Positions 24,237 to 34,569 of a DNA stretch of 64,000 nt are shown in pieces. The DNA is from Escherichia coli. GTDB lineage: Bacteria; Pseudomonadota; Gammaproteobacteria; Enterobacterales; Enterobacteriaceae. The notes under the pieces were generated by a model. That model saw nothing but the letters and a program-made list of their open reading frames with translations. It did not search any database and was not told where the DNA came from. Every line of letters starts with the position of its first letter. Positions within the stretch are counted from its first letter, which is position 1. The translations under genes were made by a program, and so were the position numbers. Location: assembly GCF_036507355.1 (NCBI RefSeq), contig NZ_AP027877.1. The stretch is one strand, 5' to 3'.

Positions 24237-24375
24237 CGTAAAGCAGGCATCTGATGTGTCAATTTCTGTAAATGACGTTAACAAAGTCACGCGGAAAGTC
24301 AGATGCCTGCCGGTAGTGCATTTGCTATAGTAGGGCACTTTTTTTAATTCCATCACGGATGTCGTAGTTCAGACC

Positions 24376-25587
24376 ATGAATACCATTTTTTCCGCTCGTA
24401 TCATGAAGCGCCTGGCGCTCACCACGGCTCTTTGCACAGCCTTTATCTCTGCTGCACATGCCGATGACCTGAATATCAAAACTATGATCCCGGGTGTACC
24501 GCAGATCGACGCGGAGTCCTACATCCTGATTGACTATAACTCCGGCAAAGTGCTCGCCGAACAGAACGCAGATGTCCGCCGCGATCCTGCCAGCCTGACC
24601 AAAATGATGACCAGTTACGTTATCGGCCAGGCAATGAAAGCCGGTAAATTTAAAGAAACTGATTTAGTCACTATCGGCAACGACGCATGGGCCACCGGTA
24701 ACCCGGTGTTTAAAGGTTCTTCGCTGATGTTCCTCAAACCGGGCATGCAGGTTCCGGTTTCTCAGCTGATCCGCGGTATTAACCTGCAATCGGGTAACGA
24801 TGCTTGTGTCGCCATGGCCGATTTTGCCGCTGGTAGCCAGGACGCTTTTGTTGGCTTGATGAACAGCTACGTTAACGCCCTGGGCCTGAAAAATACCCAC
24901 TTCCAGACGGTACATGGTCTGGATGCTGATGGTCAGTACAGCTCCGCGCGCGATATGGCGCTGATCGGCCAGGCATTGATCCGTGACGTACCGAATGAAT
25001 ACTCGATCTATAAAGAAAAAGAATTTACGTTTAACGGTATTCGCCAGCTGAACCGTAACGGCCTGTTATGGGATAACAGCCTGAATGTCGACGGCATCAA
25101 AACCGGACACACTGACAAAGCAGGTTACAACCTTGTTGCTTCTGCGACTGAAGGCCAGATGCGCTTGATCTCTGCGGTGATGGGCGGACGTACTTTTAAA
25201 GGCCGTGAAGCCGAAAGTAAAAAACTGCTAACCTGGGGCTTCCGTTTCTTCGAAACCGTTAACCCACTGAAAGTAGGTAAAGAGTTCGCCTCTGAACCGG
25301 TTTGGTTTGGTGATTCTGATCGCGCTTCGTTAGGGGTTGATAAAGACGTGTACCTGACCATTCCGCGTGGTCGCATGAAAGATCTGAAAGCCAGCTATGT
25401 GCTGAACAGCAGTGAATTGCATGCGCCGCTGCAAAAGAATCAGGTCGTAGGAACTATCAACTTCCAGCTTGATGGCAAAACAATCGAACAACGCCCGCTG
25501 GTTGTGTTGCAAGAAATCCCGGAAGGTAACTTCTTCGGCAAAATCATTGATTACATTAAATTAATGTTCCATCACTGGTTTGGTTAA
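24376..25587 (+). CDS. dacA: D-alanyl-D-alanine carboxypeptidase PBP5
   Basis: 403 aa; signal peptide; SLTK and KTG motifs. Confidence 0.95.
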
Positions 25588-25640
25588 AAATCGAACACTT
25601 GAAAGTGTAATTTCCGTCCCCATATACTAAGCATCAGTAA

Positions 25641-25675
25641 AAAACTCCCGCCTTCTGGCGGGAGTTGCTATTTAA
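25641..25675 (+). terminator. hairpin downstream of dacA
   Basis: aaaaactcccgccttctggcgggagttgctattt. Confidence 0.45.
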
Positions 25676-25696
25676 TTACGTTACGCCGGAGCTGAC

Positions 25697-25960
25697 ATGA
25701 AAACCAAACTTAACGAACTGCTTGAATTCCCTACTCCTTTTACTTACAAAGTTATGGGGCAGGCGTTACCTGAGCTGGTTGATCAGGTGGTTGAAGTGGT
25801 ACAGCGCCATGCGCCAGGTGACTACACCCCAACGGTAAAACCAAGCAGCAAAGGCAACTACCACTCGGTATCTATCACTATCAACGCCACTCATATCGAG
25901 CAGGTTGAAACACTGTATGAAGAACTGGGCAAAATCGATATTGTCCGCATGGTTCTGTAA
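25697..25960 (+). CDS. ybeD: UPF0250/DUF493 protein
   Basis: 87 aa ORF in conserved position upstream of lipB. Confidence 0.85.
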
Positions 25961-26060
25961 CTCGCTTCTCCGTTACCCGGCCCCTGGTCGGGTAACTCCC
26001 CTCTCCTCGCTGTGATATACTTTTCCCCCACTTTTACTCATTCTCCACGGAGATGCCGTT

Positions 26061-26702
26061 TTGTATCAGGATAAAATTCTTGTCCGCCAGCTCGGTCTTC
26101 AGCCTTACGAGCCAATCTCCCAAGCTATGCATGAATTCACCGATACCCGCGATGATAGTACCCTTGATGAAATCTGGCTGGTCGAGCACTATCCGGTATT
26201 CACCCAAGGGCAAGCAGGAAAAGCGGAGCACATTTTAATGCCGGGTGATATTCCGGTGATTCAGAGCGATCGCGGTGGGCAGGTGACTTATCACGGGCCG
26301 GGGCAACAGGTGATGTATGTATTGCTTAACCTGAAACGCCGTAAACTCGGTGTGCGTGAACTGGTGACCTTGCTTGAGCAAACAGTGGTGAATACCCTGG
26401 CTGAACTGGGTATAGAAGCGCATCCTCGGGCTGACGCGCCAGGTGTCTATGTTGGGGAAAAGAAAATTTGCTCACTGGGTTTACGTATTCGACGCGGTTG
26501 TTCATTCCACGGTCTGGCATTAAACGTCAATATGGATCTTTCACCATTTTTACGTATTAATCCTTGTGGGTATGCCGGAATGGAAATGGCTAAAATATCA
26601 CAATGGAAACCCGAAGCGACGACTAATAATATTGCACCACGTTTACTGGAAAATATTTTAGCGCTACTAAACAATCCTGACTTCGAATATATTACCGCTT
26701 AA
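26061..26702 (+). CDS. lipB: octanoyltransferase (lipoate-protein ligase B)
   Basis: 213 aa ORF with TTG start. Confidence 0.9.
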
Positions 26703-27114
26703 TTTCATACCTCAATGGCCCAATTTACACTGGGTCATTACTCATAACACCTGCTAATGCTTTACATCTCCTTCGCGTTTGTATATTTTCTTTATCACTT
26801 GCAGAAATGCGATGCTACGCCTTGCTCCGTAACTCACCCCATTGATTAACTTATTGAAATAGTTGATTATGATGAGCAAAAGCGTTCCGTTCCAATTAGA
26901 CATAAGATTATTGTAATTTTTTTAAATATTATTTTTCCATGAATAAAATTGGAGTAAGTGCGTGGATAGTAATAATTAAATTGAATCCTGTTTAAGCAGA
27001 AAATCGTCAGAAGGTAAACCACAAATATTTACAACCTTACGAAATATTGATCTTAATCTTCTGACTATTTTTGAAGCTGTATATGTACATAAAGGGATCG
27101 TTAATGCAGCGAAA

Positions 27115-27915
27115 GTGCTTAATCTGACCCCCTCGGCAATCAGTCAGTCTATTCAGAAACTGCGCGTTATATTCCCTGACCCATTGTTTATTCGCAAAGG
27201 CCAAGGTGTCACTCCTACCGCATTTGCGATGCATCTACATGAGTATATCAGTCAGGGCCTTGAGTCCATTCTTGGCGCGCTGGATATCGAAGGAAGCTAT
27301 GATAAGCAACGAACGATAACTATTGCGACCACCCCCTCGGTCGGAGCCCTGGTCCTTCCTGTCATTTATCGGGCGATTAAAACTCACTATCCGCAGCTTT
27401 TACTGCGCAACCCGCCCATCAGCGACGCGGAAAACCAACTCAGTCAGTTTCAAACCGATCTCATCATCGATAACATGTTTTGCACCAATCGTACGGTGCA
27501 ACATCATGTTCTGTTCACCGACAATATGGTGTTAATTTGCCGCGAGGGAAATCCACTACTCTCTTTAGAAGATGACAGAGAGACTATCGACAACGCTGCA
27601 CATGTACTCCTGTTACCGGAAGGACAAAATTTCAGCGTTCTGCGGCAGAGAATTCAAGAGATGTTTCCGGACCGGCAGATCAGCTTCACCAGCTACAACA
27701 TTTTGACAATCGCTGCACTGGTTGCCAACAGTGACATGTTAGCGATTATTCCCAGCCGTTTTTATAACCTGTTTAGCCGTTGCTGGCCGCTGGAAAAACT
27801 GCCTTTTCCGTCCTTAAATGAGGAGCAAATAGATTTCTCTATCCACTACAACAAATTCAGCCTGCGTGATCCCATCCTGCACGGAGTAATAGATGTTATC
27901 CGTAATGCATTTTGA
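27115..27915 (+). CDS. ybeF: LysR-family transcriptional regulator; N-terminus uncertain (HTH-coding sequence continues in frame upstream to an in-frame TAA at 26977..26979)
   Basis: ORF 27115..27915 (266 aa, GTG start); upstream in-frame sequence encodes the LysR HTH region ...TTLRNIDLNLLTIFEAVYVHKGIVNAAK. Confidence 0.6.
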   Translation: MLNLTPSAISQSIQKLRVIFPDPLFIRKGQGVTPTAFAMHLHEYISQGLESILGALDIEGSYDKQRTITIATTPSVGALVLPVIYRAIKTHYPQLLLRNPPISDAENQLSQFQTDLIIDNMFCTNRTVQHHVLFTDNMVLICREGNPLLSLEDDRETIDNAAHVLLLPEGQNFSVLRQRIQEMFPDRQISFTSYNILTIAALVANSDMLAIIPSRFYNLFSRCWPLEKLPFPSLNEEQIDFSIHYNKFSLRDPILHGVIDVIRNAF

Positions 27916-28123
27916 AAAAGTATTGTTACAGCCAGATCACAGCGCAGAACGATAAAATGGCACAATCCAACAACAATTTTACATTTTCGCGACCGCTTTG
28001 GCTGCTTTCAGGTCCGTTTCAATGATATACTGCCAGTCGTTAATTCAAAAATAGTTGATAATTACAACAATCTATTGAATTGAAACGCTTTCCTTCGTAA
28101 TTCGCAACTGGAACACGCACGCT

Positions 28124-29089
28124 ATGAGTAAACCCATTGTGATGGAACGCGGTGTTAAATACCGCGATGCCGATAAGATGGCCCTTATCCCGGTTAAAAA
28201 CGTGGCAACAGAGCGCGAAGCCCTGCTGCGCAAGCCGGAATGGATGAAAATCAAGCTTCCAGCGGACTCTACACGTATCCAGGGCATCAAAGCCGCAATG
28301 CGCAAAAATGGCCTGCATTCTGTCTGCGAGGAAGCCTCCTGCCCTAACCTGGCGGAATGCTTCAACCACGGCACAGCAACGTTTATGATCCTCGGCGCTA
28401 TTTGTACCCGCCGTTGTCCGTTCTGTGACGTTGCCCACGGTCGCCCGGTAGCTCCTGATGCCAATGAACCAGTGAAACTGGCGCAGACCATTGCCGATAT
28501 GGCGCTGCGTTATGTGGTTATCACCTCCGTTGACCGTGATGACCTGCGCGATGGCGGTGCCCAGCACTTTGCGGATTGCATTACTGCCATTCGGGAAAAA
28601 AGCCCGCAAATCAAAATTGAAACTCTGGTGCCGGATTTCCGCGGTCGTATGGATCGTGCTCTGGATATTCTGACTGCAACGCCACCAGATGTGTTCAACC
28701 ATAACCTGGAAAACGTACCGCGTATTTACCGTCAGGTACGGCCTGGTGCAGATTACAACTGGTCGCTGAAGCTGCTGGAACGCTTTAAAGAAGCACATCC
28801 GGAAATCCCGACCAAGTCTGGTCTGATGGTGGGACTGGGTGAAACCAATGAAGAAATTATTGAGGTAATGCGCGACCTGCGCCGTCATGGTGTGACGATG
28901 TTAACGCTGGGGCAATATTTGCAGCCAAGCCGCCATCACCTGCCGGTTCAACGTTACGTTAGCCCGGATGAGTTCGACGAAATGAAAGCCGAAGCGCTGG
29001 CGATGGGCTTTACCCATGCTGCATGCGGTCCGTTTGTCCGCTCTTCTTACCACGCCGATTTGCAGGCGAAAGGGATGGAAGTTAAGTAA
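28124..29089 (+). CDS. lipA: lipoyl synthase
   Basis: 321 aa; radical-SAM CxxxCxxC (CTRRCPFC) plus N-terminal Cys cluster. Confidence 0.95.
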
Positions 29090-29120
29090 TCCTGTAATAA
29101 TTACTTACATCTGTCTGATA

Positions 29121-29149
29121 AAAAACCCGCTTTTTGAAGCGGGTTTTTT
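29121..29149. terminator. bidirectional rho-independent terminator between convergent lipA and tatE
   Basis: aaaaacccgctttttgaagcgggtttttt: stem-loop with A-run and T-run on either side. Confidence 0.75.
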
Positions 29150-29189
29150 GTATCGAACAAGATATTGAGGGAGCGTCCTGCTCGCCACG

Positions 29190-29393
29190 TCACTCTTTAT
29201 GAGAGAGCTTTTCAGCCTGAAGATCAACGTCTGCGCCTTTTTTCGCCGCAGCATCGTCATCATTCATCGCCTTCTTGAACCCTTTAATGGCCGCTCCAAG
29301 GTCTCCGCCCAGCGTACGTAACTTCTTAGTCCCAAACAGCAGAACGACCAGCGCCGCAACTACCAGCAGTTTGGTAATACTAATCTCACCCAT
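29190..29393 (-). CDS. tatE: twin-arginine translocase subunit TatE
   Basis: 67 aa; N-terminal TM helix [25 protein letters not shown] typical of TatA/E. Confidence 0.9.
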   Translation of the reverse strand: MGEISITKLLVVAALVVLLFGTKKLRTLGGDLGAAIKGFKKAMNDDDAAAKKGADVDLQAEKLSHKE

Positions 29394-29521
29394 AGATACC
29401 TTCTTGACATATAACCGGCAACAGAACGCGCCTTAAAAACCAGAGAATATTAACGGTCATTCGACGCGCGCACACAATAGCAATCTGTAACAAGGTGAAT
29501 CAAGCGCCGAGTAAAAAAACA

Positions 29522-30316
29522 TCATAATAATTGCGGCGGCGCAAAGCGACGGTTGTTTAAGACGGGCAGTTGCGCGCGCACCTGACGCACACGTTCGGGC
29601 GTCACTTCCGCCATAATGAGTGCAGGCATTTCTGACGCTGCCGCAATGGTGACGCCAAAGGGATCTATAATCCGGCTTTGCCCGATATTTTTGTTCCCGC
29701 ACTCCCCCGCCGCCACCATATAACAGGTGGTATCCAGCGCACGAGCGGCAAGCAACGTTGACCAGTGATGCTCTTTGAGCGGCCCGCGAACCCAGGCGGC
29801 AGGAAGTGCCAGGATTTCAGCTCCCTGTAATGCCTGTGCCAGCGCCAGCTCTGGAAAGCGTAAGTCATAACAGGTCATCAGACCGACCTTCATCCCTTCC
29901 ACCTCCAGTAACGGAGCGATTTCATTACCAGCATCAACACGGCGTGATTCCTGAATGGCAAATGCATCATAGAGATGCAGTTTGGCATAACGGGCGACAA
30001 TGTTTCCTGCCTGTAGCGCCACCAGCATATTCCATGCGCGCCCCGGCGTTGAAGGAACATGAATCGTCAGAATTGTCGTCATCATGTTACGTTTACTTTC
30101 TCGCCGTAAACGTCCGAGGAATTCGCCTTCCAGCAGCTGTGCTGATTTAACCGATAGATCTGCATCATGATCATCGCGTGCCAGCAATGCTTCCGGCAGG
30201 ACAAACAGCGATACGTCGTTTTCCGCCGCCTGCGCCATCAACGAGGCACAAATCTCAGCGTTCTTTTCCCACACAGATGTAACAGCAAACTGTCCTGCAG
30301 CAACCAGCATTGCCAC
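29522..30316 (-). CDS. ybeM: C-N hydrolase (nitrilase superfamily) protein, apparently intact
   Basis: 264 aa uninterrupted ORF; catalytic Cys context [12 protein letters not shown]. Confidence 0.75.
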   Translation of the reverse strand: MAMLVAAGQFAVTSVWEKNAEICASLMAQAAENDVSLFVLPEALLARDDHDADLSVKSAQLLEGEFLGRLRRESKRNMMTTILTIHVPSTPGRAWNMLVALQAGNIVARYAKLHLYDAFAIQESRRVDAGNEIAPLLEVEGMKVGLMTCYDLRFPELALAQALQGAEILALPAAWVRGPLKEHHWSTLLAARALDTTCYMVAAGECGNKNIGQSRIIDPFGVTIAAASEMPALIMAEVTPERVRQVRAQLPVLNNRRFAPPQLL

Positions 30317-30402
30317 CTCCTGTCAGAGTCGTAAAATTCGCCAACGACGATTATTCGGCGTTACACTTATCACTCATACAAATCAAATAGCAGGATTTTG
30401 CA

Positions 30403-30786
30403 GTGTTACAACTTCTTTTAGCAGTTTTTATTGGCGGTGGTACGGGAAGCGTGGCGAGATGGCTGTTAAGTATGCGATTTAACCCGCTGCATCAGGCGAT
30501 TCCGTTGGGGACGCTGGCTGCAAATCTGATTGGGGCATTCATCATAGGAATGGGATTCGCCTGGTTCAGCAGGATGACAAACATTGATCCCGTGTGGAAA
30601 GTATTAATCACCACCGGATTTTGTGGCGGTCTTACAACCTTCTCAACATTTTCGGCAGAAGTGGTGTTTTTGTTACAAGAGGGCCGCTTTGGCTGGGCGT
30701 TACTGAACGTTTTCGTCAACCTTCTGGGGTCTTTTGCCATGACCGCACTGGCTTTCTGGCTGTTTTCGGCCTCAACCGCACACTAA
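30403..30786 (+). CDS. crcB: fluoride ion channel CrcB/FluC
   Basis: 127 aa, four hydrophobic helices. Confidence 0.9.
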
Positions 30787-30792
30787 AGACCA

Positions 30793-30821
30793 AAAAAAAC
30801 CCGCTGATTAAGCGGGTTTTG
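30793..30821. terminator. bidirectional rho-independent terminator between convergent crcB and cspE
   Basis: aaaaaaaacccgctgattaagcgggttttg. Confidence 0.75.
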
Positions 30822-30839
30822 AATTCTTGCTGACGTATC

Positions 30840-31049
30840 TTACAGAGCGATTACGTTTGCAGCAGAAGGGCCTTTGGCACCGTTAGTGATTTCGAACTCT
30901 ACGCGCTGACCTTCAGCAAGAGTTTTAAAACCATTAGTCTGGATTGCAGAGAAGTGTACGAACACGTCTTTGCTGCCGTCTTCCGGAGTAATGAAACCGA
31001 ATCCTTTGGACTCATTAAACCACTTAACGTTACCTTTAATCTTAGACAT
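30840..31049 (-). CDS. cspE: cold-shock-domain protein CspE
   Basis: ORF 30840..31133 trimmed to [20 protein letters not shown] (RNP1 motif); 69 aa. Confidence 0.92.
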
Positions 31050-31223
31050 CAAAATTACCTTTACATGAAAAATAGACACAAATGCTGTGTCGGTTACCAG
31101 TACACCAATTGTGGTACGCTTTGTCCAGTGCAACTTTACTAAAAAGTGATAAAAGTCGCGTTATTTTTGATGTTAATTATTTTACTCATTGATTTTAAAG
31201 AATTTACTAAAACTTCATTTGTC

Positions 31224-31714
31224 TCAAAACTGAAAGCGCATCCAGGCAAAGTACACATTACCATTGTTGTAGGTACCCGGAATATAGGTCATCTGAAAAG
31301 TCACTGGACCATAACCCACGGAGGCCAATGGCAGTAGAACCGGGAGAGGGATGTTATTCCAGTTATCACGTGCCGTTACGCCAGCGGTGAATCCCAGACC
31401 TAAATGAAAAGTTTCATCCGCCAGCGGTCGCCAGGTACTTTCCCATCCGTATCCGGCAATCGGTTCCCATTTGTTCCACGAGTCCTTAAATGCCATGGCA
31501 TACAGGCCATGCCAGTTTCCTTTTTCATCCCAACGCGACAGGCCAAAACCGCCACCCCACGGTCGCTCGTTATAGCGATCGGTTTTTTCTTTGTCGTAAG
31601 CGAAACGTGCATGCCAGGTGATGGCAGGAATATATAAATCATAATGTTCAGGCTGTTGCCAGGTTTGTGCAATATTTTCTCTAAACGTTGTCATCCACTC
31701 ATCTGCGTTAGCAA
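31224..31714 (-). pseudogene. pagP: lipid A palmitoyltransferase PagP, 5'-truncated: signal-peptide codons and promoter replaced by IS1
   Basis: Reading frame continues upstream of the ORF-track Met as ...[15 protein letters not shown] and runs straight into the IS1 terminus at 31715; first ~24 codons absent. Confidence 0.85.
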
Positions 31715-31729
31715 GGTAATGACTCCAAC

Positions 31730-32233
31730 TTATTGATAGTGTTTTATGTTCAGATAATGCCCGATGACTTTGTCATGCAGCTCCACCGATTTTGAGAACG
31801 ACAGCGACTTCCGTCCCAGTCGTGCCAGGTGCTGCCTCAGATTCAGGTTATGCCGCTCAATTCGCTGCGTATATCGCTTGCTGATTACGTGCAGCTTTCC
31901 CTTCAGGCGGGATTCATACAGCGGCCAGCCATCCGTCATCCATATCACCACGTCAAAGGGTGACAGCAGGCTCATAAGACGCCCCAGCGTCGCCATCGTG
32001 CGTTCACCGAATACGTGCGCAACAACCGTCTTCCGGAGCCTGTCATACGCGTAAAACAGCCAGCGCTGGCGCGATTTAGCCCCGACATAGCCCCACTGTT
32101 CGTCCATTTCCGCGCAGACGATGACGTCACTGCCCGGCTGTATGCGCGAGGTTACCGACTGCGGCCTGAGTTTTTTAAGTGACGTAAAATCGTGTTGAGG
32201 CCAACGCCCATAATGCGGGCTGTTGCCCGGCAT
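31730..32233 (-). CDS. insB: IS1 transposase InsB frame (InsAB' made by -1 frameshift)
   Basis: 167 aa ORF recognised as IS1 InsB. Confidence 0.9.
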
Positions 32234-32427
32234 CCAACGCCATTCATGGCCATATCAATGATTTTCTGGTGCGTACCGGGTTGAGAAGCGGTGTAAGTGA
32301 ACTGCAGTTGCCATGTTTTACGGCAGTGAGAGCAGAGATAGCGCTGATGTCCGGCGGTGCTTTTGCCGTTACGCACCACCCCGTCAGTAGCTGAACAGGA
32401 GGGACAGCTGATAGAAACAGAAGCCAC
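32152..32427 (-). CDS. insA: IS1 InsA transposition inhibitor/repressor
   Basis: 91 aa; [43 protein letters not shown] zinc-finger N-terminus. Confidence 0.92.
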
Positions 32428-32482
32428 TGGAGCACCTCAAAAACACCATCATACACTAAATCAGTAAGTTGGCAGCATCACC

Positions 32483-33848
32483 CCTTATTGGGGTTGTGGT
32501 TATTGTGGGTGTAGCTCGCTACATCATTAAAGGGTATTCCGCCACTGGCGTGTTATTTGTCGGTGGCCTGTTATTGCTGATTATCAGTGCCATTATGGGG
32601 CACAAAGTGTTACCGTCCAGCCAGGCTTCAACAGGCTACAGCGCCACGGATATTGTTGAATACGTTAAAATATTGCTAATGAGCCGCGGCGGCGACCTCG
32701 GCATGATGATTATGATGCTGTGTGGCTTTGCCGCTTACATGACCCATATCGGCGCGAATGATATGGTGGTCAAGCTGGCGTCAAAACCATTGCAGTATAT
32801 TAACTCCCCCTACCTGCTGATGATTGCCGCCTATTTTGTTGCCTGTCTGATGTCACTGGCCGTCTCTTCCGCAACCGGTCTGGGTGTTTTGCTGATGGCA
32901 ACCCTGTTTCCGGTGATGGTAAACGTTGGTATCAGTCGTGGGGCAGCAGCTGCCATTTGTGCCTCCCCGGCGGCGATTATTCTCGCACCGACTTCAGGGG
33001 ATGTGGTGCTGGCGGCGCAAGCTTCCGAAATGTCGCTGATTGACTTCGCCTTCAAAACGACGCTGCCTATCTCAATTGCTGCAATTATCGGCATGGCGAT
33101 CGCCCACTTCTTCTGGCAACGTTATCTGGATAAAAAAGAGCACATATCTCATGAAATGTTAGATGTCAGTGAAATAACCACCACTGCCCCTGCGTTTTAT
33201 GCCATTTTGCCGTTCACGCCGATCATCGGGGTGCTGATTTTTGACGGCAAATGGGGTCCGCAATTACACATCATCACTATTCTGGTGATTTGTATGCTGA
33301 TTGCCTCCATTCTGGAGTTCCTCCGCAGCTTTAATACCCAGAAAGTTTTCTCTGGTCTGGAAGTGGCTTATCGCGGGATGGCAGATGCATTTGCAAACGT
33401 GGTGATGCTGCTGGTTGCCGCTGGGGTATTCGCTCAGGGGCTTAGCACCATCGGCTTTATTCAAAGTCTGATTTCTATCGCTACCTCGTTTGGTTCGGCG
33501 AGTATCATCCTGATGCTGGTATTGGTGATTCTGACAATGCTGGCGGCAGTCACGACCGGTTCAGGCAATGCGCCGTTTTATGCGTTTGTTGAGATGATCC
33601 CGAAACTGGCGCACTCTTCCGGCATTAACCCGGCGTATTTGACTATCCCGATGCTGCAGGCGTCAAACCTGGGTCGTACCCTATCACCCGTTTCTGGCGT
33701 AGTCGTTGCGGTTGCCGGGATGGCGAAAATCTCACCATTTGAAGTCGTAAAACGCACCTCGGTGCCGGTGCTTGTTGGTTTGGTGATTGTTATCGTTGCT
33801 ACAGAGCTGATGGTGCCAGGAACGGCAGCAGCGGTCACAGGCAAGTAA
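32483..33848 (+). CDS. dcuC: anaerobic C4-dicarboxylate transporter DcuC, 5' end and promoter replaced by IS1 (possible fusion start inside IS1 end)
   Basis: ORF track 32469..33848 begins with TTG inside the IS1 terminal repeat; DcuC-like sequence from ...LIGVVVIVGVARYIIKGY onward. Confidence 0.7.
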
Positions 33849-33888
33849 ATAGTAATGCCGGAGGCAAGTTTCCTCCGGCTTTATCATG

Positions 33889-34569
33889 TCACCCACTGTG
33901 GTATATGCGTTGCGGTCTGCCAACTTTGCCGTGAACAATTTCAGCAATAATCAGATGGCGGCTGGCGCAATATTCAAGATAACGCCTGGCAGTGGTGCGG
34001 CTGATGGTCAGTGCCTGCGCCACTGTTTCTGCCGTATGTTGCACACCCGGCTCTTTGAACAGTTTTCGCACCGCGTTTAGCGTCAAAGGGTCAATGCCGG
34101 TCGGCAGTTCGTCTTTGGGTTCACCGCGAGCATAGGCATTAAACATCTCATCAATTTGCTTCTGGCTGGCGCTATCAATACTTTCCAGCATATGTTTACG
34201 CTGGCGGAAACGGGTTAGCGTTTGCCCCAGCCGTTCATAGGCAATTGGCTTAATGAGATAATCAAATACACCACAACGTACGGCTTCAGACACCGTTTCC
34301 ATATCGCTGGCTGCAGTGGTAAACACCACGTCGCCGGGATAATGCGCCTGCACCAGTTCATGCAGTAAATTAATCCCTCTACCGTCAGGAAGATAGTTAT
34401 CGAGCAAGATTAGCCCCGGCTTAAAACGCTCGATCATCATTCGGGCCTGCGCCAGGTTTCCCGCCAGTAATATCTGACTGAATCCGGGAATGTGACGAAT
34501 ATATTCCGCATGCATCTCTGCCAGCGGCGTTTCGTCCTCAACGATCAATAGGGTTAATGGAGCTGTCAT
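33889..34569 (-). CDS. dpiA: two-component response regulator DpiA (CitB)
   Basis: 226 aa; receiver domain LTLLIVEDE; C-terminal HTH. Confidence 0.9.
   Translation of the reverse strand: MTAPLTLLIVEDETPLAEMHAEYIRHIPGFSQILLAGNLAQARMMIERFKPGLILLDNYLPDGRGINLLHELVQAHYPGDVVFTTAASDMETVSEAVRCGVFDYLIKPIAYERLGQTLTRFRQRKHMLESIDSASQKQIDEMFNAYARGEPKDELPTGIDPLTLNAVRKLFKEPGVQHTAETVAQALTISRTTARRYLEYCASRHLIIAEIVHGKVGRPQRIYHSG

Larger units (their letters stand above)
31715..32482 (-). mobile_element. IS1 insertion sequence, complete 768 bp copy
   Basis: Termini ggtaatgactccaacttattgatag (31715) and ...tcagtaagttggcagcatcacc (32482) are inverted repeats; contains insA and insB with the A6C frameshift site; flanking 9 bp differ (no target-site duplication). 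Confidence 0.95.

Noticed and set aside
26865-26912. 15-codon mini-ORF (MMSKSVPFQLDIRLL) upstream of ybeF
   Set aside because: No Shine-Dalgarno sequence and no attenuator-like structure downstream; probably chance.
28040-28888. 282-aa ORF antisense to lipA
   Set aside because: Shadow frame opposite the radical-SAM lipA gene; no start context or motifs.
31146-31337. 63-aa plus-strand ORF overlapping the pagP 3' end
   Set aside because: Overlaps the pagP coding strand and the cspE upstream region; no supporting signals.
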